Positions 32,941 to 42,490 of a stretch of 42,941 bases of DNA are shown piece by piece. The notes below the pieces were generated by a model. It did no database searches. It was not told the origin of the DNA and worked only from the letters and a program-made list of their open reading frames with translations. Made by a program: the position numbers and the translations under genes. The stretch comes from a virus. Taxonomy: Duplodnaviria > Caudoviricetes. Each line of letters opens with the position of its first letter. Within the stretch, counting starts at the first letter, position 1. Location of the stretch: IMG/VR virus record IMGVR_UViG_3300029825_000016, positions 1-42,941 of that record; one strand, written 5' to 3'.

Positions 32941-35900
32941 TACTCACCCCTCCTTGCTTTTTCGTCCATTAGTGCTTTATCAATTTTGCGAGCAAGTTTT
33001 TTCACGCCGATTTCGTCCGCAATGACTAAATCGTGGAAATGCAGATGCACGCCGTCTGCACTGCCCGACGAGGATTCAGAGAGCATTGTCGAGCCGCCGC
33101 CTGCTGCTGTCGCGTGCGCGGGTAGTGCGAATTTGGCTAATTGAGCAATGATGCCCTCTGCGATGCTTGCGAACACCTGCTGATTCAAGGGCAGGATCGC
33201 TTCATCGTCCACGCCCTCGCCGATGATCGCCTGTGTCGCGCTTGTGGCAAGACCGCCTTTAGCGAGTTCGGGCAGAGGTTGAGCGGCGATTAATCCGGTT
33301 TGCACTACGCCCAACCCGCCGACGACTCCCGCCATGACAAAGTTTCCGGGAGGCGGCAAGGAGGCCAAAGCCTTCGTTACTGCGAGCGCGGTATTGACGA
33401 CTGAACCGAATATAGCCGTCGCTTTCTCGTATTTGGCTTGTTTGCGCGCCAATTCGCGCTTGCGCCGTTCGGCTTCTTCGTCGAGTGCTTTTAATTTTTC
33501 CGCGCGTTTTTTCTCGTCGGTGACGGATTTTTCAATGGCTCGCTTTTGGCTGCGATACCAATTATCGATTTCCTGTGATTGGTTGGTGTAGAGCTGATTG
33601 TAAATCGCCGTAACGCGGGAAACGATGTCATTCGCCATGCTCACCCATTCCTGCGCAAGTTCGTGGATCAGTTTCTGTTCTGCTCGCGCGTAGTAGGTCA
33701 GGATGTTTTCGCGCCCTGCCCCGAGCTGATCAGCCATCGCAAGGGCGTTGTCTTTTTCCTGTTGCAACAGCTTTCTGCGCGATGTCGTTTCGGTCGCGAG
33801 TTTGTCCGTCCATTCTTGATCGAGTGTAATGCGGTTAAGTTCGGCTTGTATGCCCTGCTCGATCAGCCCAATTTCGTCCTCGCGCTGTTCGGAGATAGCC
33901 TTCATTGTCCGTTCGAGTTTGGCGGCGGCTTCTTCTTCGGCGGCTGTGAGGTCGTAGGTTTCCACTGTGACTTCCTTGGTCGCTGCCTTGAGTTCTCGCA
34001 GTTTGGCGATCAAAAGCCCGCATTGCTCAGTTTCGCCTTCGCCCGCTTCGATCAGGCGGTTGATTTCGGCTTCGTAGGCAGATATTAACGCGGTGTTTTC
34101 GTCAAAGTCATCGCCGAGCAGGTTTTCTTTTGCTTGGATGTCGATCAGGGTTTTGTAAAAGTCAACCATAGCTTGATGCGCGCCGGTCAGCTCCATGGTG
34201 GTTTGTTTAATTTCCTCTGTTGTTTCGGCGGCGGCCTGAGCGAATTCCGCCTGTGTTTCGGTGGATTTTTTCTGTGCCTTTTGCCATGCGACGGACTGTG
34301 CCTGCGCTTTTTTCATGAGGGCGATCAGTCCCTTGATGGTTTCGCCTTCGGCTTTCATACCCATGTTGATAAGTTCATCGATGGTGGCTTGATAAGTCTG
34401 AGCCTTTGCGCCCCATGTGTCGAACGTGTTACCGTAGACTTTGCCCTGTTCCTCAACGGCTTTAAGCTGTTTTTCGAGTTCTTCAAGCGCGATCGTGACA
34501 GGCGATTTTTGAATGATGCCCCTTTTTCGGTCGTTGAGGATCATCTGCTCTTTGGTCAGCTTGATATTGTCGCGCAAGGCATCGTTGGATTCGCGCTGCC
34601 GTTTGATCAGCCAAGCCAACCCTGCGGCGAGTGCCGCAGCTGCCCCGACGACAAGGGCAATCTGCGGGGCTGCGAAAGCCATCGCTTCGCCCATTGTTGC
34701 TGCTCCGCCCGCGACTGCCTTGAATGCAAAAACGACTTTGCCCAATGTTGCCGCAACGCCGACAAACGCCACTTTAAGCGCGGCGAGCAGCGGGATTAAT
34801 TTTGAAGCCGCCGTTACCGTCTTGCCGAGGATCAGCAAGGCGGGGCCAAGCGCGGCAGTAAATGCAAGTACCGAAACGATATTCCTTTTGGTGCTGTCGT
34901 TCAACCCATCGAACCATTCCGCAGTTTCGCGGATGCGTTCGGCAACACCGCGTAAAACGGGGATGACGTTATTCTTGATTATCGGGATCAGTGATTCGCT
35001 GAGGGTTAGCGCGATGTCGATAAATTCATCTTTGAGCAGTCCGAACTGCGCCGAAAGGGACTGCAGTTGTTTTTCCGCTACTTCTTGTGTGGTGCCTGAG
35101 GCCGCCCGCAGTTGCTGCTCGTATTCACGGATCGCCTGCGATGTGCCGAGTAGCGCGGCGGTGGCTGAGACGCTTCTGTCTTGCATCCCGAGTGCCATTA
35201 ATGCAGCACGTTTTTGTTCGTCCGACATGTTGCCCAGGTATTTTTCAAGGTCGGCGACAACATCCGCCATGTTGCGGAATTTGCCGTTCGCGTCATAAAC
35301 CGCGACGCCCGCCTCTTCCCATGCGGCGCGGTTGTTGATGTTCGCTCGCTGCAGGTCGCGCAGGACAATATTTAATTGATCGCCTGCCGCTGCGCCCTTT
35401 ACGCCCTGATTGGCGTAGACGGCGAGAACAGCCGCGCCCTCTTCGATGTCTTTGTTTAGCAGTCTGAGAGCCGCGCCCGCTTTGTTCTGCAGAGATTCGG
35501 AAAACTGTTGAACTGAGGCGTTCGCGAGGACGTTGGCCTTGACCAAAACGTCTGACACGCGGGTCATATTCTCCATGTTTTTGACTACATCGTTCTGGAC
35601 GGTTAAGCCGAGCGCGGACTGAGCATCGGCTAACAGGTTAGTTGCCTGCGCTAAATCGAACGCGCCTGCCTGCGCAAACGCCGCGACAACGGGCAGGGTT
35701 TTAATCGAGTTAGCCGCATCATAGCCTGCGGATGCGAGGAAATAGTATGCCTGCGCCGCTTCGGTTGCGCTGAATTTCGTGGTGCGTGCCACATCGCGGG
35801 CGGCCGCCTCCATATCCTTCCGCATCGTTTCGGAGAGTTGCCCCATGATGGCGGTTGATTCGGTCATTGTCTGCTCGAAGTCTGCGCCGAATTTAAGAAC

Positions 35901-36092
35901 TGCGCCGGTGGCGAGGGCGATGGGTGCGGTTACGTAAGTCGTCAGGCTGCGTCCGGCTTCGCTGAGGTCGCGCCCGATCTGTGACATCGTTTTCTGTAGC
36001 CGCTTGCCTTCTTTTTCGATGTTGCGGAATGTTTTTTGAAGCTCTTTATCGCTGCCAAATATTGAAACGCCAATTTTGCTGAGATAGCCCAA
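32940..36092 (-). CDS. Tail tape measure protein (TP901 family)
   Basis: 1050 aa Ala-rich helical; TKFSATEAAQA, LANASVQQFSE, GVKGAAAG; C-terminal LAKGG...GE...EAILPL. Confidence 0.95.
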   Translation of the reverse strand: MGYLSKIGVSIFGSDKELQKTFRNIEKEGKRLQKTMSQIGRDLSEAGRSLTTYVTAPIALATGAVLKFGADFEQTMTESTAIMGQLSETMRKDMEAAARDVARTTKFSATEAAQAYYFLASAGYDAANSIKTLPVVAAFAQAGAFDLAQATNLLADAQSALGLTVQNDVVKNMENMTRVSDVLVKANVLANASVQQFSESLQNKAGAALRLLNKDIEEGAAVLAVYANQGVKGAAAGDQLNIVLRDLQRANINNRAAWEEAGVAVYDANGKFRNMADVVADLEKYLGNMSDEQKRAALMALGMQDRSVSATAALLGTSQAIREYEQQLRAASGTTQEVAEKQLQSLSAQFGLLKDEFIDIALTLSESLIPIIKNNVIPVLRGVAERIRETAEWFDGLNDSTKRNIVSVLAFTAALGPALLILGKTVTAASKLIPLLAALKVAFVGVAATLGKVVFAFKAVAGGAATMGEAMAFAAPQIALVVGAAAALAAGLAWLIKRQRESNDALRDNIKLTKEQMILNDRKRGIIQKSPVTIALEELEKQLKAVEEQGKVYGNTFDTWGAKAQTYQATIDELINMGMKAEGETIKGLIALMKKAQAQSVAWQKAQKKSTETQAEFAQAAAETTEEIKQTTMELTGAHQAMVDFYKTLIDIQAKENLLGDDFDENTALISAYEAEINRLIEAGEGETEQCGLLIAKLRELKAATKEVTVETYDLTAAEEEAAAKLERTMKAISEQREDEIGLIEQGIQAELNRITLDQEWTDKLATETTSRRKLLQQEKDNALAMADQLGAGRENILTYYARAEQKLIHELAQEWVSMANDIVSRVTAIYNQLYTNQSQEIDNWYRSQKRAIEKSVTDEKKRAEKLKALDEEAERRKRELARKQAKYEKATAIFGSVVNTALAVTKALASLPPPGNFVMAGVVGGLGVVQTGLIAAQPLPELAKGGLATSATQAIIGEGVDDEAILPLNQQVFASIAEGIIAQLAKFALPAHATAAGGGSTMLSESSSGSADGVHLHFHDLVIADEIGVKKLARKIDKALMDEKARRGE

Positions 36093-36389
36093 TCATCGCC
36101 CACCTCCCGGTCGTTTGATTTTGTCGCCGTAGTGTTTATAAAAACCGGCTATGTCCGGCTTGTCGTTAAATGCTCTGGGTGGTTTGCCGGAATAATAAGA
36201 GATCGCGTAATCGTAATAATAAAAAATCTGTTGGAGAGAGTAATTTTCCAACAGATGATGGGGTGATGCCCACGGATATAACATCCCCATGTGCGCAATT
36301 ACGCGGCCCAACTGGTTGAAAAGTTCTTCGGTGGTCAGGCTTTTGGACTCGCCGCCATTTTTGCCAGTTGAGCCAGATGAGGGTTTTTT
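36093..36389 (-). CDS. Tail assembly chaperone, post-frameshift (GT-like) segment
   Basis: Overlaps chaperone G in the -1 frame from the slippery site. Confidence 0.75.
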   Translation of the reverse strand, partial: KKPSSGSTGKNGGESKSLTTEELFNQLGRVIAHMGMLYPWASPHHLLENYSLQQIFYYYDYAISYYSGKPPRAFNDKPDIAGFYKHYGDKIKRPGGGR

Positions 36390-36703
36390 TCGAATGAATT
36401 GCGAATTTGAAATATTAGCCAATACGCGCAGTTTGTGATATCACCCATGTCGACGTTGTGCATCAGCCAATCGGCAGTAATTTCATCGTCGTAGTGGCTG
36501 CAAACAACGGCGCAAACCTCGCATAAAATTGTCAGCATTTCTCCGACATCGTCACCTGCCGCCGCCATGCGTTCAACTGCCTTGAGAACATCGATAGCAA
36601 TTGCCGCGGGGATGATTTTGAATTCAATCCGCTTTGATCCGAGCGTTATGATTTTTCTTTCAGGAGCGATGGGATGCTCTTTTTTCAGGATATTTGTCAA
36701 CAT
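36335..36703 (-). CDS. Tail assembly chaperone (G-like)
   Basis: Between major tail and tape measure; RBS AGGAGAG. Confidence 0.85.
   Translation of the reverse strand: MLTNILKKEHPIAPERKIITLGSKRIEFKIIPAAIAIDVLKAVERMAAAGDDVGEMLTILCEVCAVVCSHYDDEITADWLMHNVDMGDITNCAYWLIFQIRNSFEKNPHLAQLAKMAASPKA
36383..36389 (-). other. Programmed -1 frameshift slippery heptamer A AAA AAC
   Basis: Codons GAA AAA AAC (E-K-N); -1 frame continues as KKPSSGS... to 36093. Confidence 0.8.
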
Positions 36704-36737
36704 TTTGGCACTCTCCTAAGCTTTATTCTCCAAACGG

Positions 36738-36790
36738 TAGCGGGCAGGCGGTGGAGTGAGCCGCTTTTCGGGTGCGACCCTAGCCCGCCA
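36738..36790 (-). ncRNA. Three-way-junction structured RNA in the chaperone leader (c4-like)
   Basis: P1 TGGCGGGC/GCCCGCTA, P2 GGGT-CGC-ACCC, GAAAA linker, P3 GCGG-CTCACTCCA-CCGC. Confidence 0.6.
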
Positions 36791-36798
36791 AGGATCAT

Positions 36799-37593
36799 TT
36801 AGGCAGACTGTTCGTCATAAATTTCAAACAGTTGATCTCCTGCTTCGCGGACGGTGTCTACCACGCCAACGAGGTTGATGGGGACAGTCATCAGCTCGAC
36901 GTCCTCATCGCCGGGGAACTCAAATTTGATGCCCGCTTCGTTGGTGGCCTTGTAAACGGTGATTCTGAATATTTTGCCTGCGTCGTTGGTATTGGTGATA
37001 CGAACCACCTTCGGCGCAATGGTGAATTTGCCGCCGCTGGTCAGCTTTTTAGCCGCAGCAGGTGTGTGGGTGTAGTCAACATGTACGGTCGCCTTGTCTG
37101 TGATGGTGCCGCCTGCGACGCGCGCGATGCAGGTATAGCCCTGAGAATCGACTGCCATCACATAATCGGTGTTGCGAGCATAGGTGGTCACGCCGGTGAT
37201 GTCAGTGACGGTGATCGCGGTCACTTCGGACTTGTTGCCGTTTTTATTGGCTAAGCGGACGAAGTTGGTTCCGTTCAAAACGACTGCTTCATTGGTCACG
37301 GCAACGGGTGCGGCGGCGACGGTTTCATAGTTGTCGATGCCGCCACGGATGAGGTTGAGGTTGGAAAGGTTGATCTCTACAAGGTTTCCTTGCACCCCCG
37401 CTTTGTGGTTGCGGATGCCAAGATCCACTTCCCCGCCGTTGTCGGTCATTACCTTGGCGCGGTCAAAGGTTTCCTCAAAATTGACGTCGTTCATTAATCC
37501 AAGATTGACGAGCGTTCCGACGTCATCCCCGACTTCGAGCATGCCGGAGCCAAGGCGCACGGTGTTGCCGTCCTGCACTAAGGTTTGACGCAC
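36799..37593 (-). CDS. Major tail protein
   Basis: Position after tail terminator; LGSG.LEVG, NLG, GDQLFEIYDEQ. Confidence 0.85.
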   Translation of the reverse strand: MRQTLVQDGNTVRLGSGMLEVGDDVGTLVNLGLMNDVNFEETFDRAKVMTDNGGEVDLGIRNHKAGVQGNLVEINLSNLNLIRGGIDNYETVAAAPVAVTNEAVVLNGTNFVRLANKNGNKSEVTAITVTDITGVTTYARNTDYVMAVDSQGYTCIARVAGGTITDKATVHVDYTHTPAAAKKLTSGGKFTIAPKVVRITNTNDAGKIFRITVYKATNEAGIKFEFPGDEDVELMTVPINLVGVVDTVREAGDQLFEIYDEQSA

Positions 37594-37595
37594 TT

Positions 37596-37979
37596 TTATA
37601 CCCCCTCGTAAATGATTTTGATATCTACTGTACGATGGTAAACGGGTTCGTCGGGATCGCGCCCGAGATCGATCTCATTCTCGAACACGCCCTGAATAAC
37701 GGGAACGCCTTCCATCACGCCCTTGTAGCGTTGCAGGGCGTGTCTGATTTGTTCGGCGACTGCTGCCGTTTCTCCGGGCGATTTGCCCCAACAGTCAAAC
37801 TGATAACGCGGCCAAGCGATATCTACTTGATGGTGGCGTGGAGAACTGACCGCAAAAAACGAAACAGCCGGATATACCGACTGTTCGGGGAGGTGGTCTC
37901 TGTATACCCGGTCTCCGACAAGCGCGGCAAGCCCCGGATATTTTTTGAGATAATCGCGTAATGCTTCTTCGATATGCAT
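37596..37979 (-). CDS. Tail terminator/completion protein (DUF3168-like)
   Basis: LVGDRVY...P...YPAV, RYQFDCWG, A..IR.AL. Confidence 0.85.
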   Translation of the reverse strand: MHIEEALRDYLKKYPGLAALVGDRVYRDHLPEQSVYPAVSFFAVSSPRHHQVDIAWPRYQFDCWGKSPGETAAVAEQIRHALQRYKGVMEGVPVIQGVFENEIDLGRDPDEPVYHRTVDIKIIYEGV

Positions 37980-38390
37980 TTAACCACCTCGCAATTCTTT
38001 GTCAATCGCGGTTTTCAGAGCTTTCTCAACGTCATGTATAAACCGTTCCCGGTTCTCATCAATAGCAGGGCGCAGGTAAGGCTTGGCTTTGATCTTCTTT
38101 GTGCCTAAACACAAAAACGGCATGTAAAATGCTTTACCGCCGCCCGCTGTGATGAGCGCGTAAATGTCGCCGTCCTCGTTTACGCCGACTTTGACACCGA
38201 TTGACTTAGCCCCTTCGCCTGAGTGTTGTTCGTAGTTTGCGATGAATTTTTCCCGCGCGATTGCCGCTATTTTTTTGGCGGCTTCGCGAATTGCCTTTCG
38301 CAGCTCCTTCTGCAACTCCATGCGCAGCCTTTTCATGTCGGCAATCATTTCGTCAATCCCGGTCACTTTCATTTCGATTAAGCCGGTCAT
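37980..38390 (-). CDS. HK97 gp10-like tail component
   Basis: VTGIDE, FY..F..GTKK..AKPYLRPA. Confidence 0.88.
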   Translation of the reverse strand: MTGLIEMKVTGIDEMIADMKRLRMELQKELRKAIREAAKKIAAIAREKFIANYEQHSGEGAKSIGVKVGVNEDGDIYALITAGGGKAFYMPFLCLGTKKIKAKPYLRPAIDENRERFIHDVEKALKTAIDKELRGG

Positions 38391-38707
38391 GTCAACTTCT
38401 CCCGCACCATCAGGGTCAGCTCCTCGTTGCGCTCGTTGACGTTGATAACGGCTAGGATCTCATAGATGCGGGTGCCGAATTTAACGCGCATGGTTGGGTT
38501 GATGTCCGACAAGTAGCGGATGCGGATTTTACCCGCGACTTCGCTATTAACCTGCTGTGCGCCCCAATATTCGCGCCCTGTCAGCGGTTCAATCGCCGCC
38601 CAAACGGTGGCGTGTTCGCCCCAATCATCGTAAGGGTCGCCGTAAGGATCGGTTTTTTTGACGATCTTTTCGATGGTCACGCGGTGGCGCAGATTGCCGA
38701 TGTTCAC
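38387..38707 (-). CDS. Head-tail adaptor/head closure (SPP1 gp16-like); start GTG 38707
   Basis: GNLRHRVTI, VWAAIEPLTGRE, IRIRY, MRV...YEI. Confidence 0.9.
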   Translation of the reverse strand: MNIGNLRHRVTIEKIVKKTDPYGDPYDDWGEHATVWAAIEPLTGREYWGAQQVNSEVAGKIRIRYLSDINPTMRVKFGTRIYEILAVINVNERNEELTLMVREKLT

Positions 38708-39300
38708 CAGCTCACCACCCTGTCCATCGTCAGCAGGGCGGTCACGGCGAACGGGATTTCCTGCGGTGTGCTGTTGGTGCCGGTGAATACTATCGCCTGC
38801 CGATTCTCGTACCAATGACCGATCAGGACTTTCATCGCCTGTTTGGTCATATCCGGCACGTCTGCGGCTGTGTCGCCATACCCTGCGGTAAACGTGATTT
38901 TTACGCCGTTGATGGGGCGCAAGGTGACGGACGGCCAATATTTGCCGAACGCGTGATCAATGCGGCCGAGAAAAGACGCAGTGTCGACCACGTAATCAGC
39001 GGCATCGATTACGGTCGTATTGCCTGCATAATCGGTATAGCTGATTTCGTCCACTGATTGCAGTGGTGGCAACGGCAGTCTGAACGGCATGGCAGGGAAA
39101 TGATCAAGCGTCAGTTCCCACGTCTGCGTCAGGAGCGCCCTGCTCTGAAACTTCTCCGCATACTGCCTTGCTGACAGGATCAGCGAGTTGATCAGGCTGT
39201 CGTCCGCTTCTCCGTCCACCCTTAGATGTGTTTTTACTTCTTGGAGTGTCAGCGGTTCGCTTGTTGGTGGGGTTATCAGCCGCAAGCCCATCGGTATCAC
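38704..39300 (-). CDS. Head-tail connector (HK97 gp6 / phiE125 gp8-like)
   Basis: EPLTLQEVKTHLRVD, AR.YAE, FTAGYG, KQA...IGHWYENR. Confidence 0.92.
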   Translation of the reverse strand: MIPMGLRLITPPTSEPLTLQEVKTHLRVDGEADDSLINSLILSARQYAEKFQSRALLTQTWELTLDHFPAMPFRLPLPPLQSVDEISYTDYAGNTTVIDAADYVVDTASFLGRIDHAFGKYWPSVTLRPINGVKITFTAGYGDTAADVPDMTKQAMKVLIGHWYENRQAIVFTGTNSTPQEIPFAVTALLTMDRVVSW

Positions 39301-39424
39301 CTGCCTTTGCTATGCCCATCCGGATCCAATGGTTGGCGAGCGAGTCATTGACGTTGACTGTATCGCCTGCCGCATACGGGAAAGAGGGTGATTTCAGGGC
39401 ATCGCTTTTGATTATGACGCGCAT
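39104..39424 (-). CDS. Small head-region protein
   Basis: GD.V.V.D.LA..WI..GIA motif; RBS GAGGTG; 3' part overlaps connector. Confidence 0.55.
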   Translation of the reverse strand: MRVIIKSDALKSPSFPYAAGDTVNVNDSLANHWIRMGIAKAGDTDGLAADNPTNKRTADTPRSKNTSKGGRRSGRQPDQLADPVSKAVCGEVSEQGAPDADVGTDA

Positions 39425-39709
39425 TCAATCACCTCTGCTCAGTTCCGCTAATGCATCAAGCGCGGCTTGTTTCCCGTGTATCTTTGAGCCGTCCGGGAGG
39501 ATGTAATAGCCGCCGCCGACGTGTTTCGGGAATTCATCCTCGGGTTGATCTGGTTCGGGTTTTGGATCCGGTTTCTGTAGTTCGGTTGTCGCCAAATTCC
39601 ACGGAGGATTGCACCAAATTTTAGCGAGATCGTCCGGGATTTCGACCACTTTTCCTTCTGATTCGTCTTTGCCGTTCAGCCGAACAGGTTTCAATGTTAA
39701 GACTTTCAT
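39425..39709 (-). CDS. Small head-region protein
   Basis: G.VVEIPDDLA and PKHVGGGYY.LPDG.K..GK..A motifs. Confidence 0.7.
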   Translation of the reverse strand: MKVLTLKPVRLNGKDESEGKVVEIPDDLAKIWCNPPWNLATTELQKPDPKPEPDQPEDEFPKHVGGGYYILPDGSKIHGKQAALDALAELSRGD

Positions 39710-39751
39710 GGGTTTACACCACCTTAAAAGGGAGGGTTGCCCCTCCCGTGT

Positions 39752-40456
39752 TTATGATGTCGCCATCTGCTGTACCGGTTCAAAACGCCCGTCGGCACGC
39801 ACCAAAAACGCGGCGGTCTGCGATGCAGCCCCGTTGGTGATAGTTACGCCAACATGGGTAAAACCGCCGTCAACGTCGAGATCGGAGGCTTCAAACTCAA
39901 CCGCTCCAAGTGCGCTGGTTGTGGCAACGGTGATGGTTGCATCCGGAGATGACGCGGTGAGAGTCAATTCGCCGGGAACATCGATTGCCAAGGTCACGAC
40001 TCCGAGTGCAGAGGTCGCAGTCACGCCGGGAACGCCTGCGGCTGCATGATTGATGGCTTTTACTAAACTGGCGGCGCAGGCAGTGTCGTTAGCGCCAACT
40101 GCGAACACGCGATTAGGCAAATCCTCAGCAGCAGCAGCGGCAAATGTAATGCCGTTGATAGTCACTGCATTGGTGGCGATGACAGTCGCGCAGGTGATGG
40201 TCATTCCGATTACTTTGGTGTTGGCGGTGATGGTGGCGAGTTTACCCGCTATCGCTTTCGCGTCGGTTCCGGCAGCGTCTTTCGCCTGCATAATCTGCGC
40301 GATGGAGGTTACGGCGGCGGCCATAGCTCCGGTCTGCCACGGAACTGCGCCCTTGCGGTACATGCTCATGTCGTAATAGTTGCTGGTTGCCGCGCCATTG
40401 AGGGATTGGGAGAGGATGGCAATGTCCAATTTCTCCCGCTTTGCTAAAGGTTTCAT
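39752..40456 (-). CDS. Capsid decoration/accessory protein
   Basis: Ala/Thr-rich, immediately after capsid gene, flanked by hairpins near 40490-40511 and 39729-39747. Confidence 0.65.
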   Translation of the reverse strand: MKPLAKREKLDIAILSQSLNGAATSNYYDMSMYRKGAVPWQTGAMAAAVTSIAQIMQAKDAAGTDAKAIAGKLATITANTKVIGMTITCATVIATNAVTINGITFAAAAAEDLPNRVFAVGANDTACAASLVKAINHAAAGVPGVTATSALGVVTLAIDVPGELTLTASSPDATITVATTSALGAVEFEASDLDVDGGFTHVGVTITNGAASQTAAFLVRADGRFEPVQQMATS

Positions 40457-40517
40457 GCGTTTATCGCTCCTTTTTAATCAAATTTGAGAAGGCCGGGGAT
40501 TATCCCGGCCTGTTTTG

Positions 40518-41738
40518 TTATCTCAGGATGACAACTGGGGAAACGGTGATGCCGCTTTCGAGTTTGAGCGGCTCCTTGACCCAAAGCTGCCCATCGATGT
40601 TGGCGACGATGCGGAACTGGGTCTGGAAGTTGGCGAAACGCGAATGCTCAGAAATGGCGATGAACGGGCCACTACCCGGTTTGATCATGTAGTAGTTGAG
40701 TTTGGCGAGAACAATGTCGCCTTCGTTTCCGAGCGTCGGGGTCTTGCCGTTCCACTTGACCGGGATGCCGAGCAGGGTTGCAGGTACGCCCTTGGTTGCA
40801 TCGCCACCGTTGTAGATATAATTGTTGTTCGGGTCGGTCATGGTCATGATGGTCGGCATCAGGCTCTGGTTGATGGTCCAAAGCGGTTCGCCGGGGCCTG
40901 CATAAAGCACGGCCAACATGTTCAGGAAATCGCGATATACGACGGTCGCGGCAGTGTTGCGGGCGATTCTGATCGCGCCAGGAGACTTTAACAAACCAAG
41001 CGGGCATCCCGCTCCTGAGCCTTGCAGGAATTTAGAATCGCGTCCGTCAAGCCATGCAAGACGCATCAGTCTGTCTACAAGCGCGCCCGCCGCCTTCCAG
41101 TTGGCAAGAGTCTCGTTGTTGATGGTGGCGAGTCCGGCGCACTGATACGGGGTCAGGGTCAGATCCTTGATTGCCGGATCGTTGACGGGGTTAATCGGCT
41201 GCCCTTCGCCCTTCCATGTGAGAGCCACGCCGCCCAAATACCCGTCATTGCCCTGCTGCAGGTATGGGATCGAGAACGGGGCATCAGGCGGATCGCCTGC
41301 CGGGATGACGTTAGCGCGGGGCATGACAATCTCATCCTCGCCGTTCAGGGAAAGGATGTTCTCAGCGAAACGCGGAGGAATCATGATGCCGACATCGGTT
41401 GTGGACAGGTTTTTCATCCTGCCTTTGCTGTCGCCGTTCCTGACGCAGTGGAGGAACTCGCCAAAGTTCTCGAATCCGCAATTATCAAGGTCTTTGTTGT
41501 CTTTCGGGGGTTCGGGGTCGCGTTTGTCTGCCGGGCGCGCTGAATCCTCAAGGCGTTTTTCAGCAGCTTCGGCGGCAATTACGGTTTTCTGCCATGCGTC
41601 GATCTGAGAGTTGAACGCATCGTAAGCGGTTTGCTCCTCTGCGTTCATGGGTCTGCCTTCAGCAAGGGCTTTCTGCAATACAGCGTTCTGCGCATCGCAG
41701 ACTTCGCCAAGCTTATGGCGGGCATCGATTAAAGTCAT
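40518..41738 (-). CDS. Major capsid protein, HK97 fold, with N-terminal delta domain
   Basis: Coiled-coil N-terminus, G..IP, W.GEG, TLLGIPV, GDI. Confidence 0.93.
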   Translation of the reverse strand: MTLIDARHKLGEVCDAQNAVLQKALAEGRPMNAEEQTAYDAFNSQIDAWQKTVIAAEAAEKRLEDSARPADKRDPEPPKDNKDLDNCGFENFGEFLHCVRNGDSKGRMKNLSTTDVGIMIPPRFAENILSLNGEDEIVMPRANVIPAGDPPDAPFSIPYLQQGNDGYLGGVALTWKGEGQPINPVNDPAIKDLTLTPYQCAGLATINNETLANWKAAGALVDRLMRLAWLDGRDSKFLQGSGAGCPLGLLKSPGAIRIARNTAATVVYRDFLNMLAVLYAGPGEPLWTINQSLMPTIMTMTDPNNNYIYNGGDATKGVPATLLGIPVKWNGKTPTLGNEGDIVLAKLNYYMIKPGSGPFIAISEHSRFANFQTQFRIVANIDGQLWVKEPLKLESGITVSPVVILR

Positions 41739-42490
41739 TGTTTACCCCTCCAAATATTGTTTTTATTGGCTTCGATTTTGGCCTGATATAAAGCAAAAAG
41801 ACCGTCGTAATCGGTCTTTTCAGCTTTTTCCGGTTCTTTATGGGGCTGCGCGATCAGTAATTTGGGCGGGTTTTTGTACCGCGAGAAGTCCATCTCCTGA
41901 TCGTTGATAAACACTTTGCCGTCCTTGACACAGGCTGCGATCTGTTTTTCCTGCTCGATCTCGTCTGCAAACCCCTTTTCCACGGCTTCCTCGGCGGTCA
42001 ACCACGTTTCCGCGTCCATGATGGCGATTACGTCATCACGCTTAACCCCTCTGCTCTCGTAAACCGCGATGATTGACTCCCTGATCCGTTCAAGGTCATC
42101 GGCGGTTTTACGGAAGTCGTCCGCGTAGCCGACTGCCCAAGTCCACGGGTTGTGGACCATCATCATCGCGTTTTTGGGCATCGTGATGGTGTCGCCCGCC
42201 ATTGCGATGACTGAAGCAATCGACGCCGCCACGCCGTCCACGTAGACGTGTATTTTTGCCTTGTGGCGCTTTAATTGGCTGTAAATCGCATGACCGGCGA
42301 ACACATCCCCGCCGTAGCTGTTGATGTACACATTGATTTCGCTGACATCGCCGAGCGCGTCAAGGTCTTTTTTAAACTGCTTTGGAGTGACTTCATCGCC
42401 CCACCAAAGAATGTCAGAGATTTCACCGTAGATCAGAATTTCGGCGGGTTTGTCCTCTGCGGCGGCTTTGAAAGTCCAGCATTTACTCAT
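41735..42490 (-). CDS. ClpP-type prohead maturation protease (start MSKCW)
   Basis: INSYGGDV, DGVAASIAS, MMVHNPW, ETWLTAEEA..GFAD; RBS GGAGGTG inside the portal 3' end. Confidence 0.95.
   Translation of the reverse strand: MSKCWTFKAAAEDKPAEILIYGEISDILWWGDEVTPKQFKKDLDALGDVSEINVYINSYGGDVFAGHAIYSQLKRHKAKIHVYVDGVAASIASVIAMAGDTITMPKNAMMMVHNPWTWAVGYADDFRKTADDLERIRESIIAVYESRGVKRDDVIAIMDAETWLTAEEAVEKGFADEIEQEKQIAACVKDGKVFINDQEMDFSRYKNPPKLLIAQPHKEPEKAEKTDYDGLFALYQAKIEANKNNIWRGKQ

Noticed and set aside
33334-35338. Long + strand ORFs (up to 261 aa) opposite the tape measure, and similar ones opposite terL, SLT and capsid genes
   Set aside because: Antisense shadows of GC-rich coding frames; no RBS or recognisable motifs
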